A DNA stretch of 64,000 nucleotides from positions 138,944,001 through 139,008,000 of the forward strand of contig NC_086097.1 in the NCBI RefSeq assembly GCF_963921235.1, written 5' to 3'. The number at the start of each line of letters is the position of its first letter. Position 1 is the stretch's first letter. Shown one piece after another: positions 25,621-38,539 of the stretch. The notes below the pieces were generated by a model. It did not search any database. It worked only from the letters and a program-made list of their open reading frames with translations, and was not told the origin of the DNA. This DNA comes from Mobula hypostoma. Its lineage: Eukaryota. Both the position numbers and the translations under genes were made by a program.

Positions 25621-26754
25621 AAGGGCCAGGTCAGATCTCCAGGTAGTTAATAACGTCACCGCAAACTGTGACCATTATTCTATGCCACTGTCAGTCAGGA
25701 CTTCCAGTACAGCAGCTACAAGGCTGGTGGAGACCTATGGGATTTTCAAAGGGTCCTTCATGTGAGTTCTGAAGCATTGACAGGCTTTGATGCATCACAT
25801 TCTACATGATCCAACAGCACATTGCCAATTGGTGGGAAGAATAAAAGAACACATCAAATGAAAATGTCACAGATATTGAAAGCAACGATTCGTTGTTCCT
25901 TGAAATAGTACAATTGAAGCTCTACTCTGCTTAGTGAAATATATATTTAAAAGCGGCATTTGCTTCAGCACTAAGTATAACCTGTAGTTTCCAGATTATT
26001 ATTTCCTAGGAACAGCTGTCTTTCAAAATGCAAAATGGGAAGATATGGCAAGTATTGTCAGTGCTACAACACTGCAGTACAACTACATTCAGCAATAAAA
26101 GCAACTAAGTAAGTTGGGCATCTCCGTGAGAAACAGTTAACAGTTCATATCAAAAACCTTCATCAGTTCTGAAGGTAACGCTTCTGACAGACACTGACTG
26201 ACCTGCTGAGTGTTCTCTGCATTTCATTAAAGGTTTCCTACATCTGCAGGTATTTTTAAATCCCATAACATGCACAGGTTTACAGCTGATCTAGTATTTC
26301 CACCCAAAATGTCAACAATGGCTCTCCACCTAAGAACCCATTCAGCCCATTGTGCTTCTCCTGCAGATTGTCTCTTGCTCTAGATTCCAGTACCTACATT
26401 CCCTATGTCTCCTTTGTAAAATGCAGTGGCATTCCCTCTATTTATAAAAGTTGGGTGTGGGGGTGAGGAGCAGAGTCCAGCTGTACTGTTTGAGGTAATG
26501 CAATGATTTGAAAGAGCTTCCGCAGTGGTGGCAGGTACATCACACCTGGCAGCTAGGTATGTGGTGGTGAGAGGTGGGAGTCCTTCCACACAATGCTGGG
26601 GGTGCATGGGCTGGGCCAGCAGGCTTCCCAACAATGGGTGAGATGGAAGATGGTGATGGAGGGTAAGCATGTTGAAACCTGCAAATCAGTGCAGCAAGAG
26701 GAGAGGAGCGTCCCGCTCCCTCCAGATGAACCAGACCTGGTGGCATCGAGATTC

Positions 26755-27413
26755 ATCATCAATTGATGAATTGACTGCCAAGAAGGCCCACCAGTGCCTT
26801 TACTGCCTGAGAAAGCTAAAGAACTTTGGCCCGTCTCTGAAAACCCTCACTAATTTTTATAGATGCACCGTAGAAAGCATTCTTCTAGGGTGCATCACAA
26901 CCTGGAATGGAAGTTGTCCTGTCGAAGATCGAAAGAAGCTGCAGAAGATTGTGAACACGGCGCAGCACATCACACAAACCAATCTTCCGTCCTTGGACTC
27001 ACTTTACACCACACGCTGTTGGAGCAGTGCTGCCAGGATAATCAAGGACACGACCCACCCAGCCAACGCACTTTTCGTCCCTCTTCCCTCTAGGAGAAGG
27101 CTCAGGAGCTTGAAGAATTATACGGCCAGATTTGGAAACAGCTTCTTTCCATCTGTGATAAGACTGTTGAACGGATCCTGACCCGGATCTGGGCCGTACC
27201 CTCCAAATATCCGGACCTGCTTCTCGGTTTTTTTTTGCACTACCTTACTTTCCATTTTTCTATTTTCTATTTATGATTTATAATTTGAATTTTTAATATT
27301 TATTATTGATTTGTAATCCAGGGAGCAGGAAGCGCAGAATCAAATATCACTGTGATGATTGTATGTTCTAGTATCAATTGTTTGGCGACAATGAAGTATA
27401 AAGTATAAAGTAT
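26755..27413 (+). mobile_element. Rex1/Babar-type LINE 3' fragment
   Basis: KKAHQCLYCLRKLKNF..FYRCTVESILLGCITTW..NSFFPSVIRLLN. Tail (GTATAAA)n. Confidence 0.88.
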
Positions 27414-27619
27414 GGGAGTATTGCTGTGGGAAGGGCTGAACTGAGGGAGTGCCAGACTGTGGAGTGAGCATCACACTGCAGGAGGGGCAGTAGAGAGAGC
27501 GCCATACTATGGGGAGAGCTACATCACCCACGCCCTACATTTATCTCTCAAGTCAATGTTGTGACGGTAGATGATTTTTATTTGGAATCACATACTGAAG
27601 CTATTTGTGCAATCTTTAG

Positions 27620-28615
27620 GTGCTGTAATTCATTTCTTGGCAACAACATCTAAGAGGACCTAACTTGCCCCAACACATTGATACAATCATGAAGAAAGCA
27701 TGCCATTAGAAGTTAGAGGAAATTTGGTACATATGTCACCAAGGACTCTCTTGCAAATTTCTATGGATGTATGATTGAGAGTATTTTGATGGGTTGCATC
27801 ACTGCCTCGTATGTGCAGGATTGAAAGAAGCTGCAAGGGTCGTAGGCTCAGCTAGCTCTATCTCAGGCAGAAACTTCCCCACCAACCAGGTCATCTTCAG
27901 GAGGTAGTTCTTCAAGAAGATATCATCTATCATTAAAGACCCTCGCCATCGGATTCTGGTTAACAGGATAAATGCAATTATATTGAGAATTCTAGAGGGC
28001 AGAGGCATGTTTATAGCTCCCTGAAAGTTGTAGACAGGTGGATAAATTGGTAATGAAGGCATTGAAGACACTTAAGTTTCTTGACCAGGTTACTGAACTT
28101 ATATCCAGGCGTCTCTGAACTGTCTTAGTCATTAGACCACAGGGTATAAATCTATGCCTCACATTCTGGAAAGATGGGGTTACACTATACAGATGACAGA
28201 GGAGATATAGGAAAATGTTACCTGAGTTCCAAAGCACAGCTCTGAAAGCGGCTTCAGAGGGATATGGATTCAGCCAGCTGTGTCATGGGCAATGGCCTTC
28301 CCTAAACCTTCAAAAGGTGATGCCTTAAGAAAGCAGTATCTATCATTAAGGACCCTCAGCATCCGGGGCATGCCTTCTTCTCATTACTACCATTAAGGAG
28401 GATGTACAGGAGCCTGAAGACCCATACTCAATGCTTTAGAAACAGTGTCTTCCCCTCTGCCATCAGATTTCTGAATGGTAACAAACACTACCTTGCTATT
28501 CTGTGTTTGCAAAGTTTATTTACTAGACTTACAGTAATTATTATATCATGCAGTGTACTGCTGCCACAAAACCACAAATTTCATGATATTAACAGTGATG
28601 CTTCTGATTCTGAGC
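27620..28615 (+). mobile_element. Cluster of old Rex/Babar and CR1 3' fragments
   Basis: YRSLKTHTQCFRNSVFPSAIRFLN (28402) and tail ttctgattctga. A CR1-like piece lies at 27960-28110. Confidence 0.65.
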
Positions 28616-29481
28616 TTCCATAAGGCTCATGTAGTTATGGGAGGTGCTGAAGAAATAAATGTATTTATAATCCAGGAGTTCAGCAATGAGATAAGAACAA
28701 GGTTTCTGTCCACCTAACAGGTTGGTTGTAAAAGGAGTTTTAAAACAGCTACCCAAGTATTGTAACTGTTCACTTGAGGTGAAACAGTTACCTGTATGGA
28801 AATGTCTGTTATTATTTTCTCCAACAGCTTCAAGAGATTCACTGCTGCCAGGGTCAGCACCTCTCTGAAATGATGCCATTTCAAGCCAGTTCACTCCTTG
28901 TGAGTGTTCTACTCAATGTTAAATGACAAGCTAATCACCCCTAATTTAATCTGTTCTTTAAAAATGATTAAAGTAATAACATGACCAGAATTTCAAAGAG
29001 GTCAAATGATTTCAAATAATTCATTATCATGAAATAGCATTATGCAAATCTAGTAAGATATTAATAAGTTCCATCAGATTGCACTGGTAGCAACAAATAT
29101 CATGATGGCTCCTGTTGCCTTGGAAACATCATCTTTTGAGAATAAGTGGTGAGCCTTTACAGCAATGAACAGTTTCCAATGGATATTGGAATTCCTGAGA
29201 AGTCTCCAGCTGGAATTTGTGTCAGTTTTATATATTGCCTTTGGCAGTATTAAAACTTCTCCAGCTGACAGGACTGTGGTCAAACAGCATGTGATACAGC
29301 TCACGGAGGAGATGTTTCAACAGGTTGGTCAAAGAGGTAGGGTCTCAGAGGCAGAGAGAGGGATTAAGTGAGAGAGTCGCAGAGCTTGGGGCCCAGGCAC
29401 CTGAGGTCATGGTCTTCTTCTAGTGAAGCAATGGGAATTAGGAGCGGTGAAGGGGCTGGAACTGAAGAACAGACCTTAGAG

Positions 29482-29561
29482 TAGAGGTTCCTGATCTGGC
29501 ATCCATGGAGGCTTTGCTTAATGATATTGGTCCATGGCATTAAAAAGGTTCGGAACCTCTG
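29482..29561. mobile_element. 80-bp hAT-type MITE
   Basis: TIRs tAGAGGTTCC...GGAACCTCTg and 8-bp TSD ccttagag/ccttatag. A related degenerate copy lies at about 36830-36898. Confidence 0.7.
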
Positions 29562-30409
29562 CCTTATAGGATTGTAGGGGGGTGACAGAGAGAGGGGGCA
29601 GTGAATTCAGAATGGGGATTGGAAACAAGGCTGAGAATTTGAAACCTGAAGACATTCATACATACTGACAAGTGCTTTAGAAGTCTAATACAGCACTTCC
29701 ACACAAAATGTCAACAATTCCTTTCTCCCCAGAGATGCTGCTCCTCCATTAGATTACTAGTTGCATTAGAATCCTGCTCCAACACCTAATTGGAATGATG
29801 TCTTGGTTGAACTATAATCTTGGCCCGCACTCAGGTATTTCCCTCCCACAACCACACACTCAGGAATCTCACTGGTCATACACCCCACACTGAGAAGCCC
29901 TCGCTCTCCCATTAAGGTGGGAGACTAGAAGAGGGTGATCAGCTTTTATAGCTGATGGAATATATACCTGCTGTCCAAGAGGGAAATGGAAGCACTAACC
30001 TTCAAAAGGGAGCTGAGTAAATTCTGATCGAGTTGAATTTGCCGGGGTGTATGGACAGAGCAGGGAAGCAGGGAGTAGAGACAATTACAGAGAGAGAGCG
30101 AGGAGCCGAGACTTTTTCAGTGAATTCAGTGGACTGGGTGGCTTTGTCCTACACAAGTTCATTCCCAGGTTTCGTTTTCCTCTCAACCAGAATCTCATAG
30201 GTACTGAATTCAGAGGCAAAAAACTGCTTCCACCCATCCATCCCACCCCAGCACCACTAACCCTTCCAGTTTGTTCCAAATAGGTCCTGTTCATTCCCAA
30301 TCTTCGGACACTTTCCTGCTGGATTTACACTCCCAGACACACCACCACACCTGGCTGAGGGTTATAGAAAAGGTATAGATGGATATAGGCCTAATGTGAG
30401 AAAGTAATT

Positions 30410-30600
30410 TAACACAAGCGACCCTGCAGATGCTGAAAGTGCCGAAGGAACGCAGCAGGTCAGGCAGCATCGATGAATATGAATAAACAGTCGATGTTTC
30501 AGGCTGAGACCCATCATCAAGACTGGCTAGGAAGGGGGAAGGTGGGGCGGGGGGAAGAGAAGAAAGATATGCTACAAGGTGATAGGTGGAAAAAGTAAAG
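30410..30600 (-). mobile_element. Penelope-like terminal remnant with hammerhead variant (30488-30525)
   Basis: Minus strand reads CAGTC-TTGATGA-TGGGTCTCAGCCT-GAAA-CATC-GACTG. Confidence 0.75.
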
Positions 30601-30824
30601 GGCAGGCCAAAAATGGGAGGCCTTGTGGAACAAGATGGTGGTGCAGATGTTCCCAGGAAGGATATGTGGCTGTGCTAGCAAATCTGGGTGAGCCCATGGT
30701 CAAAGAGCCAGAGAGCTGCAGAGATCACTGATGCGGAGCAGTGAGAGAGGGTCTCACTGAACTCAAAGAGAAGATTTAAATTTCATGGTAGGCATACCTT
30801 AGAGTCTTCACAGTGGAGCCACAA

Positions 30825-30985
30825 ATCATAAACACAAAAGATTTTGCAGTTGCTGGAAATCCAGAGCAACACACAAAATGTTGGAGAAAAAGAGCATCTA
30901 TGAAAATGAATTAACAGTCGATGTTTCGGTCTGAGATTCTTCATCAGGACTGGAAAGGAAGGAGGTGGATGCCAGAGTAAAACAG
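30825..30985 (-). mobile_element. Penelope-like terminal remnant with hammerhead core (30915-30952)
   Basis: Minus strand reads CAGTC-CTGATGA-AGAATCTCAGACC-GAAA-CATC-GACTG. Confidence 0.75.
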
Positions 30986-32477
30986 TGAGTTTGAGATTTA
31001 TTTTAAAACTGTAACAGTTTTCCATTTCTCTCCTGTCTCATAATGCAAGGGGCTGATGCTGTTTCATTATTCTACATAAACTGACAGAGATTGGGAGAGA
31101 ATGGTATGGGGTAGTGATAGCAGGCAGCAAATTATACAAGTTTTTCAGACCGTGTGTGAGTGTACCAAAAATAGAGGTTGCAAGGTCCTCTGATGTTTTC
31201 AGATTACTCCTAATGGAACCAATATCAAGAGATCACCCAGTTTCCCATATGAACAGTGTAACCCTCCCCTTCCTGTCTACATTGCCACTGACTGATCTCT
31301 ACCCACCCCATGCAGGCACTAGTCAGGAAGTGCCCAGATTACTCACCTACTTGTCCACTCTAATACCCACAAAGTTAGCAATTCATTACTACATCCAAAT
31401 GAAATTAAGGGGGCAGGAATTTGCCTTGTCAGTCACCACCGTTGCAAGTGACAGGGATTATCCACACGTTGCAATTTTCTGAATAAACACCCACTTTTAT
31501 CAGGAGCTGGTGTACTTTCAGTTATAGATCGTTGAGGACAGAAGAAAGAGTTAAATGGAAGAATCAAAAGCTATGGAAGAGACTTGGTCAGTATGAAGCT
31601 GAAGGAACAATGGGAATTAGGTCACACTAACATTTGAATATCCAGCTAATGTCGTAGGAATGTATCTGTGGTAACTCTCCACCTGAGCTAAGTTTACAGT
31701 GCTGTGTTCCCCACCCCACCAGTATTCCTGATACTGAGAGACACAGACAACACTGAGCTACCAGGGACAGTACTGTACAAGTTTAAATTCTGATCACTCT
31801 GGACCTGTTGGTTATAGTGATTAAGGGAACTAGCAAGAATGTGAAAGTATTAAACAACAAATACATTAATGGAAAGGGAGTTGACCTATGGCCACAGAAC
31901 TGGCTGTAAAATCAAAGCAATGCCTGAAAACTTTACAAAGAAATATATAAAAAGGTGTCTTATGAGATGATTGACAGCAATAATTCCAAAACCCAATAAT
32001 TGCAGAAGATTCTAAACCTCAGACTTGGGGAGGAATTCACCACACAAACCCTTGTCATGGTCATCGAGAGGAGGTAATATCAATGCGTTTTGGAGGCTGT
32101 GGCTGCAAAACTACAAAAAGAGATGAGTAACCAAACAGATACTGAATTTATTTGGTAATACATAATGAACCTTTGAGTTGTTTGAAATAATTGTGGTTAA
32201 TAAAGAAATACAGTTAACGATAAATGTCATTGTCTGGTGTGGTTTGTCATGTTCTACCTTTAATTGGCTCCACAGCCTTGATCTCTGTTGGCTTGAATCA
32301 TAAAGGATCTTAGTAAGTAGAGCTGTCAGGTTAAATAGAGTGGGATTACTGTAAAACAGACAACAGCTAGTCCTGCTCTCACTTCTAACGCCACCACCTT
32401 GGTGACTGATGATGTAAACTGATACTCTGTGCACAGCTTTGCTGATTGCTTCAATGGTTCCTCCAGTTTTATCAAGT

Positions 32478-33075
32478 ACAGAAAACAGGAGCAGAAGTAG
32501 TCCATTCAGCCCTTCAAAACAGCTTCACCATTCAGTATGATCATGTTCGATCCTTTAAATCAGTACCGCATTCCTGCTTTCTCACCATGGTCACTTGATG
32601 CTTTTTTTTTGTCTGGAGATCTACTTACTTCCTGAAATACATTTAGTGACTTGCCCTCCTCAGCTGTCTGTGATATAGAATCCACAGGTCTACCACTCTC
32701 TCTTCTTTCTTCATCTCGGTACCAAGTGTCTTACTCTGTGTCATGGAAGTCTGACCCTAACCAGATGAAACATCCTTCCAACATTCATCCTGTCTAGACC
32801 CATCAAAATTATGTAAGTTTTAATGGGATCCCTCTCATTCTTCTAAAATCTGATGAATACAAAGCTATACACAATAATCCCAGTGCAATCTCATCAAGAC
32901 CCTATATAACTATACACGGCATACAGTCTTGTTCCTGAAATCAAAACTTCCTGTCAATTGCCTTCTTAATTGCTTGCCTGCATACTTACTTTCAGTAACT
33001 AGTGTACAAGGGCACCCAGGTCATTTGTAAATCAACATTTCCCAAACTTTCACCAAGTAAAAAATATTCTGTGTT
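32478..33075 (-). mobile_element. Old CR1 3' fragment
   Basis: 3' UTR (aggagcagaagtagtccattcagccc) and a degenerate ORF2 end. Confidence 0.7.
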
Positions 33076-34569
33076 GGGAAATGTGGAGGAGGCTTGACGC
33101 AAAAGCAGAGCAGTGGAGAGGGCTTAGCAGTAAACAATACTTTGTTAATAAACTGCAAAATAACAAGCCATGAAGGGCCAAAAAAAACACGAGAGGACAG
33201 ATACTTAGCACGTCAGGGCAATAAGGTAGCTGAAGGCTAGGAGCAACTGGCTGAAGTTGGCTGCTACGATGGGTGAAGAAAGGAACTGCGGATGAGAGCT
33301 GAATTGAAATAGGCTTCAGGTGATGAGTTGGAAAAAAGAGGTAGGCGATTCCTGTCAACTGAGTGGAACTGGGAGTCTGATGTTCCGCCTTTCCTACCAA
33401 CGTGTTTAATTTTACATTTACCACAATGTATTGCATGTGCCTTTGATTTAGCTATGCATTCATAAGAGTAAATTACCTTGGCATTCGTTACCCATAACCA
33501 AACCAGGAGATCAATGTTCCATAGCTTCCACCATTGAGAGATACTTTACTATCCTTATCCCAATAAAACTCAGCACCATCCCCCAGAACATAGAACAGTA
33601 TAGCACTGGACAGGCCATTTGGTGTATGATGTTGTGTTGCTCTTGATACCTGTTTATACTCAGTCTACTCTTCCTGTGTATCACCAATATCGCCCATTCT
33701 TTCATATTCATGTGCCTGTGGAAGAGCATCTTTAACTCCATCACACTGCCTGCTTCCACAGCGAAGGTCATGCTGCTGCTCTAGGCTTTCGCCTTTTCCC
33801 CATGTGTGACGTACATCCTCCTGATGGATAATCAAGACCTCATCTCCAAGGATGCAGCCACCGTGACTTGTGATTAGAAACTCTGAAACCTCGACCCCTC
33901 CACCTCCTTCTGTTTTGTCATTCTGTGATAAAGGCTGATAGGTTGTGTTTTACATCAGAATTCCTGGCTCGTTCTACGTTTCCAGTGTTAATAGAAAAAA
34001 GAGCACATTCAAGGAAACATGAATTTAAATCAACTGTCACTTCCTAGAATCTCAGACAAGCTAATTCAAATTCTTTCGGATGGTTCTTTCATTCTGCAGC
34101 TGACACTTCTGAAAGATGGACAAAGGGAAGCTGATAAATAGACATTCTGCTAAATAACAAGAAATGTAGTTCACGCTTATTAATTCAAAAGTTATTTCAA
34201 AACAACTGCTTAGATATGTTATTTTTGTAATTTCATTTCAATTAATGAATGGCTCACATTTTAACCAAAAAGCATTTCAGGATGAGCCATATTTTGCAAC
34301 TGTATGTGAATTACTCACACTGATTGTTGAGAATAAAAGCAAGAGTCACCCAGTAACTGAATAGTTTATGGAGAACAGGCACTAACCTTCACCGGCAGCT
34401 CTTGGATAGCTAGCAGGCAGGGAGGAGAACTTGTACTGAGAGCTTTACTTTGAATTCCCAGAAGTTAAATTATTCTTTAACATTTTTGTACTTAGTACAA
34501 TAAACATGTGAGGTAGAAGCAGGAACGGGCTTCAAGACGCTCTGGTTTTTTTCTTGGCGAGTAGTATGT

Positions 34570-34810
34570 GATCAGTGGGAACAGATGGGGACTGGGAGTG
34601 GGAGAGGAAGGGTGAAAAAATGGCAAAGGGAACTAGGTGGACAGGTGAGAGTTTGTGGGAGGAGAGTAAAGGGAGCGTGGGGTTACCTGAAATTCGAAAT
34701 TTCAATGTTTGTTCTATTCAGTTGTAAGCTACCAAGACAAATATGAGATGTAATTCTTCTAGCTTGCATTTGGCCTCTTTGTAACAGTGGAGAAGGCCAA
34801 GGACAAACAA
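34570..34810 (-). mobile_element. Penelope-like GIY-YIG C-terminal relic
   Basis: Ends ...CLGSLQLNRTNIEISNFR*, followed by a pyrimidine-rich tract. Confidence 0.65.
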
Positions 34811-35439
34811 CTCTGGGTGCAGTAGGGAGCAGAGATAAAATATTAATAATATTTAACATTATATCTTCCCTTGAACAAACATGCTTGTGCAAGAACAAGC
34901 ACTGAACAAAACCACATACATAATAGAACTGTGCAGAGTATTTTGCAAAGGTTGGCAAGCAAACAATCAAATTTCTGAAAGACTGGTTTCATCTGAGGGA
35001 GTTTCAATCACCATGTAAAAGCTGACACTAAGTGCAAATCCAGGAGGCTATGTTCTGAGGCAAATAACATCCTCAGTGGCAAAGATATCCAGTGTGCATC
35101 AGATAAGAATGCTTGGTAGCAGAGAAAGTCAGCTGTATGGAAACCAACTCCACTTTTCTGCAAACTTTAAAGATTCAATTAACTTGGTTCAGAGGCTAAC
35201 ATTGTAATATGTGTGGCTAGAAATTCATCTCCGGATTATGAGTCTTGCTGGCAATAATGTACAAACTGAAAGCTTAATTTCAAAGTGGATGGCTTCAACC
35301 ACATTTGAGAAAGCAACATGAGAGGCCAGGCTCTGAATTAGATTTTTATTCCTGCAAAAAGCCCATCATTGATTTGTACAAAAGCACAGTCGAGAGGCCA
35401 AACTCTTAAATGACCTCTTGTGTAATAAGATGGACACTG

Positions 35440-35815
35440 GGTCTCACATTCTACCTCGTTATGATCTTGCATTTATCGTTTACCTGCATTGAACTTTTTC
35501 AGTAGCTTTCACACTTCATTCTGCATGTTAATGTTTTACTTTATTCTAGCTCAATGCACTGTGTAATGATTTGATTTGCATGGACAGTAGGCAGGATGCT
35601 CTCTGTGAGGAGTTTGTACATTCTCCCTGTGAGGACATGGGTTTCCTCCAGGTGCTCCTAGTTCTTCCGGCAGACGTACTGGTTGGCAGGTTAATTGGTC
35701 ATTGTAAATTGCCCCATGATCAGGCTAGGGTTAAATCAGTGGTTACTGGGTGGTAGGGCTGGAGGGCCAGAGGACCTATTCTGCACTGTATCTCAATAAA
35801 TTAATAAAAATAAAA
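35440..35815 (+). mobile_element. LINE 3' UTR relic plus V-SINE fragment
   Basis: ggagtttgtacattctccctgtg...gggtttcctccaggtgctcc is the V-domain core. Confidence 0.7.
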
Positions 35816-36909
35816 GCTTTGGTACTCCAACCCAACTCACCAATCCCTACCTCTCCACTCCCAGCCAAATCCCACCAATCCCTGCAACCCTCCACCCTGC
35901 CCTCTTGACACCTGATTTACCCATCTTTCGCCCCATCCCTCTGCAGAGCGATCCCACTTGCAGTCTCCCCACAGCCAACCATCTCACTCTCAACCCTCCG
36001 GCTAAGCTGACAATTGAGTGCAGTAAGAGGGAGCTTTGTGTTCTCGCTGCATTGCGTTAACCTAAGTCATTACTCAACCACGAAATGACCCACAGACTGG
36101 CGAGCTCTGCACCAGCACCTGGGATGAATTTCCTGGACCCATACCTGTTCCTCACACAGTATTGGAACTTTTATGTCCAGACATCACTGCGTGGCTCCCA
36201 GGGATTTGTCTGTGCGGAGTTGGTGGCCGCTACTTTTCCTGCTTCCCAGCTATGGTCACATACAGGACCCTGCGGCTGGGAGATGACCATTGCGGCGTCA
36301 GTGGGCTTACCCGTATGGCCATCGTGGACTTGCCGCAGGGCTACAGCTTTGACGACCCTGTCTGCCTGGGGCAGTATCCTAGATGGGCAAGAGGGTGGGG
36401 GCTACACAAAGTGCACCATGAATGTAAGTGGCACATCAGCCCCTCTCCTCTACTGTGCTCTCTGACCACCCACCTTCCCCGGAGGGGCTGAGTTCTCCAC
36501 GATACTGGCACCCCAGCGACCATTGCCAGTCTCATCTACTCTCTGTGCTGCTACACTCTGGAGCTGTTCATATTGGTGAAGATACTCACAGTGGAGTCCC
36601 AAGGTTATATGAAGGGATATATTTTTAAAAATCCTGTCTTCATTTGTAGTTAACCCCACTGCTAATACCTGGAAACATTTCAATCAGGCTGTTGGCAGAG
36701 TTTGAAGATCAGCATGTGTACCACTCTGAAGTAATCTAACTCTGCTCTTATTGCAAATGGGAAAACCTATACAGCAAGCAATATATACTGGTTTGATGTA
36801 GTTTTCTTTTCAAAACTTGTTCCGATTAAACAGGGATCCACAAATCCCTCAGTTAATGGTAGGGGTTCATGGCATTAAAAAAAAGCTGACAAGCTCTGTT
36901 TTAAAGTAA

Positions 36910-37060
36910 AAACAGAAAATGCTGGAAATACCCAGCAGGCCAGGCAGCACCTGTGGTAATAGCACGTGTGATTCTTCTCTAGCCAAAAGTTCAGCCTGAC
37001 CTCCTGGATGTTCCCAGCATTTTCTGTCTTTATTTTAGATTTCTAGCTTCTGCAGTTTTT
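36910..37060. mobile_element. Fold-back (hairpin) Penelope-derived element
   Basis: acagaaaatgctgg...ccagcattttctgt inverted arms built from the same terminus. Confidence 0.65.
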
Positions 37061-37536
37061 CGATTTTCATTGTTTATCCTAGTGATTACTGGATATGAAC
37101 GTATTTCCTTGAGTCTGGCCTGTGATGGAGTCGCACACTGGCCTGGGAGGACGAGACAGGGGCCCTGAAGGATGGCAGTAGCAGGTGGGCTTTTATCATA
37201 AGCCAGCAGCTACATGGTAGCCTTGATTAACTGAGTGGATTTAATTAAGTAAATGTATCTACCAGCGAGGGATTTGAACTCTTCACTCTGGGTCAGTGCT
37301 CCAGGCCTGCAAGTTAACTCACTTACTCCTGCTTCAGTTCACTGGTCACTGAGAGAGAACACGTTCAGTGGGATTGGAGCTCTGCTATCTAATCTGGAAG
37401 CTATTGGCAAAAGAGTTCAGAGACTTGGCTGCGGACTAAACTACAGTATTGGGTATCGGCCCCAGGTTACTCAGAAACCTGCCCAGAGCAACTGTTAGCA
37501 TCCGTAGTTTGAAGGAATGGAGTTGATGAATTTAAA

Positions 37537-38020
37537 TGTCAGGGCACTGGAGCAGGGATCCAATCGCAGACCCAGTACTGTGCATACAGTGATATTAATT
37601 GAGCAACAAATCCCAAGGTGCAAACAAAGTCTGCGTCAAAGTTCAGGCAAAGATCAAAACATCAAGAGAAATCCAAAAACCAGAATCGGGAAACAGGCAG
37701 AGTCGATATTCAGATGGACAGAGTACAGACTTGAATGCTGGACAGGCTCAGGAAAATTCACTGGAGTAATCTGGCAACAAACATGTGAAAACACAGGACT
37801 GAAATACACTGAGCAATAAACAGAGAGGTAGATGATAGGTGGAGCACAATGAGACACAGGGGCCAGCAATACAGGTGATAATGAGAAACAGATGAGAGAC
37901 GGAGTACTCAGTAATACAGGGGCCGGAGTGGAGCAGGAGTGGGGACAGGGGCACATGGCAACACAAAACCACAGACTGACAGCTAGGGCGAAACACACAA
38001 AAAAGACAGAGGTACTGGCA
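37537..38020 (-). mobile_element. Solo LTR (484 bp), Gypsy-like
   Basis: TGTCAG...CTGGCA termini and 5-bp TSD ttaaa (37532-37536 and 38021-38025). Orientation is inferred. Confidence 0.75.
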
Positions 38021-38099
38021 TTAAATAACTCATGTCAAGCAACATTAGAATTGTAGGATGTCCTAAATCTAAATCCTGAGATAGTGTGGATATCTTCAC

Positions 38100-38378
38100 T
38101 CATCTCAACACTGAACTGATTCCACAACCAATAAACTCACTTTCAAGGACTCGACAACTCATGCTCTTAATATCACTTATTTATCATTGTTTTCTTTATA
38201 TTTGCTGTTTGTCTTCTTCTGCACATTGGTTGTTTCTCAGTCTCTGTGTGTAGATTTTTCATTGATTCTATTGTATTTCTTTGTTCTACTGTGAATGTCC
38301 ACAGCAAAATGAACCTCAGGATAGTATCTGGTGACATATGCGTGTACACTGATAATAAATTTACTTTTAACTTTGATA
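38100..38378 (+). mobile_element. LINE 3' UTR relic (Rex/L2-type)
   Basis: Ends ataataaatttacttttaactttga. Confidence 0.55.
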
Positions 38379-38539
38379 CTTCCTTTGTGGTTTAAATCAG
38401 TGTAGATGATTTAAGTGAGGATGCCTAGACCCTCGGTAACTCTAAATGGGAAGGCGGTGCACTGCCTGGCCAGCATCTTCAGTTATAGTTTGGGCTCTGG
38501 TTTAGAGGAAATAATAAAACCACCGTCCACATAATGTGG

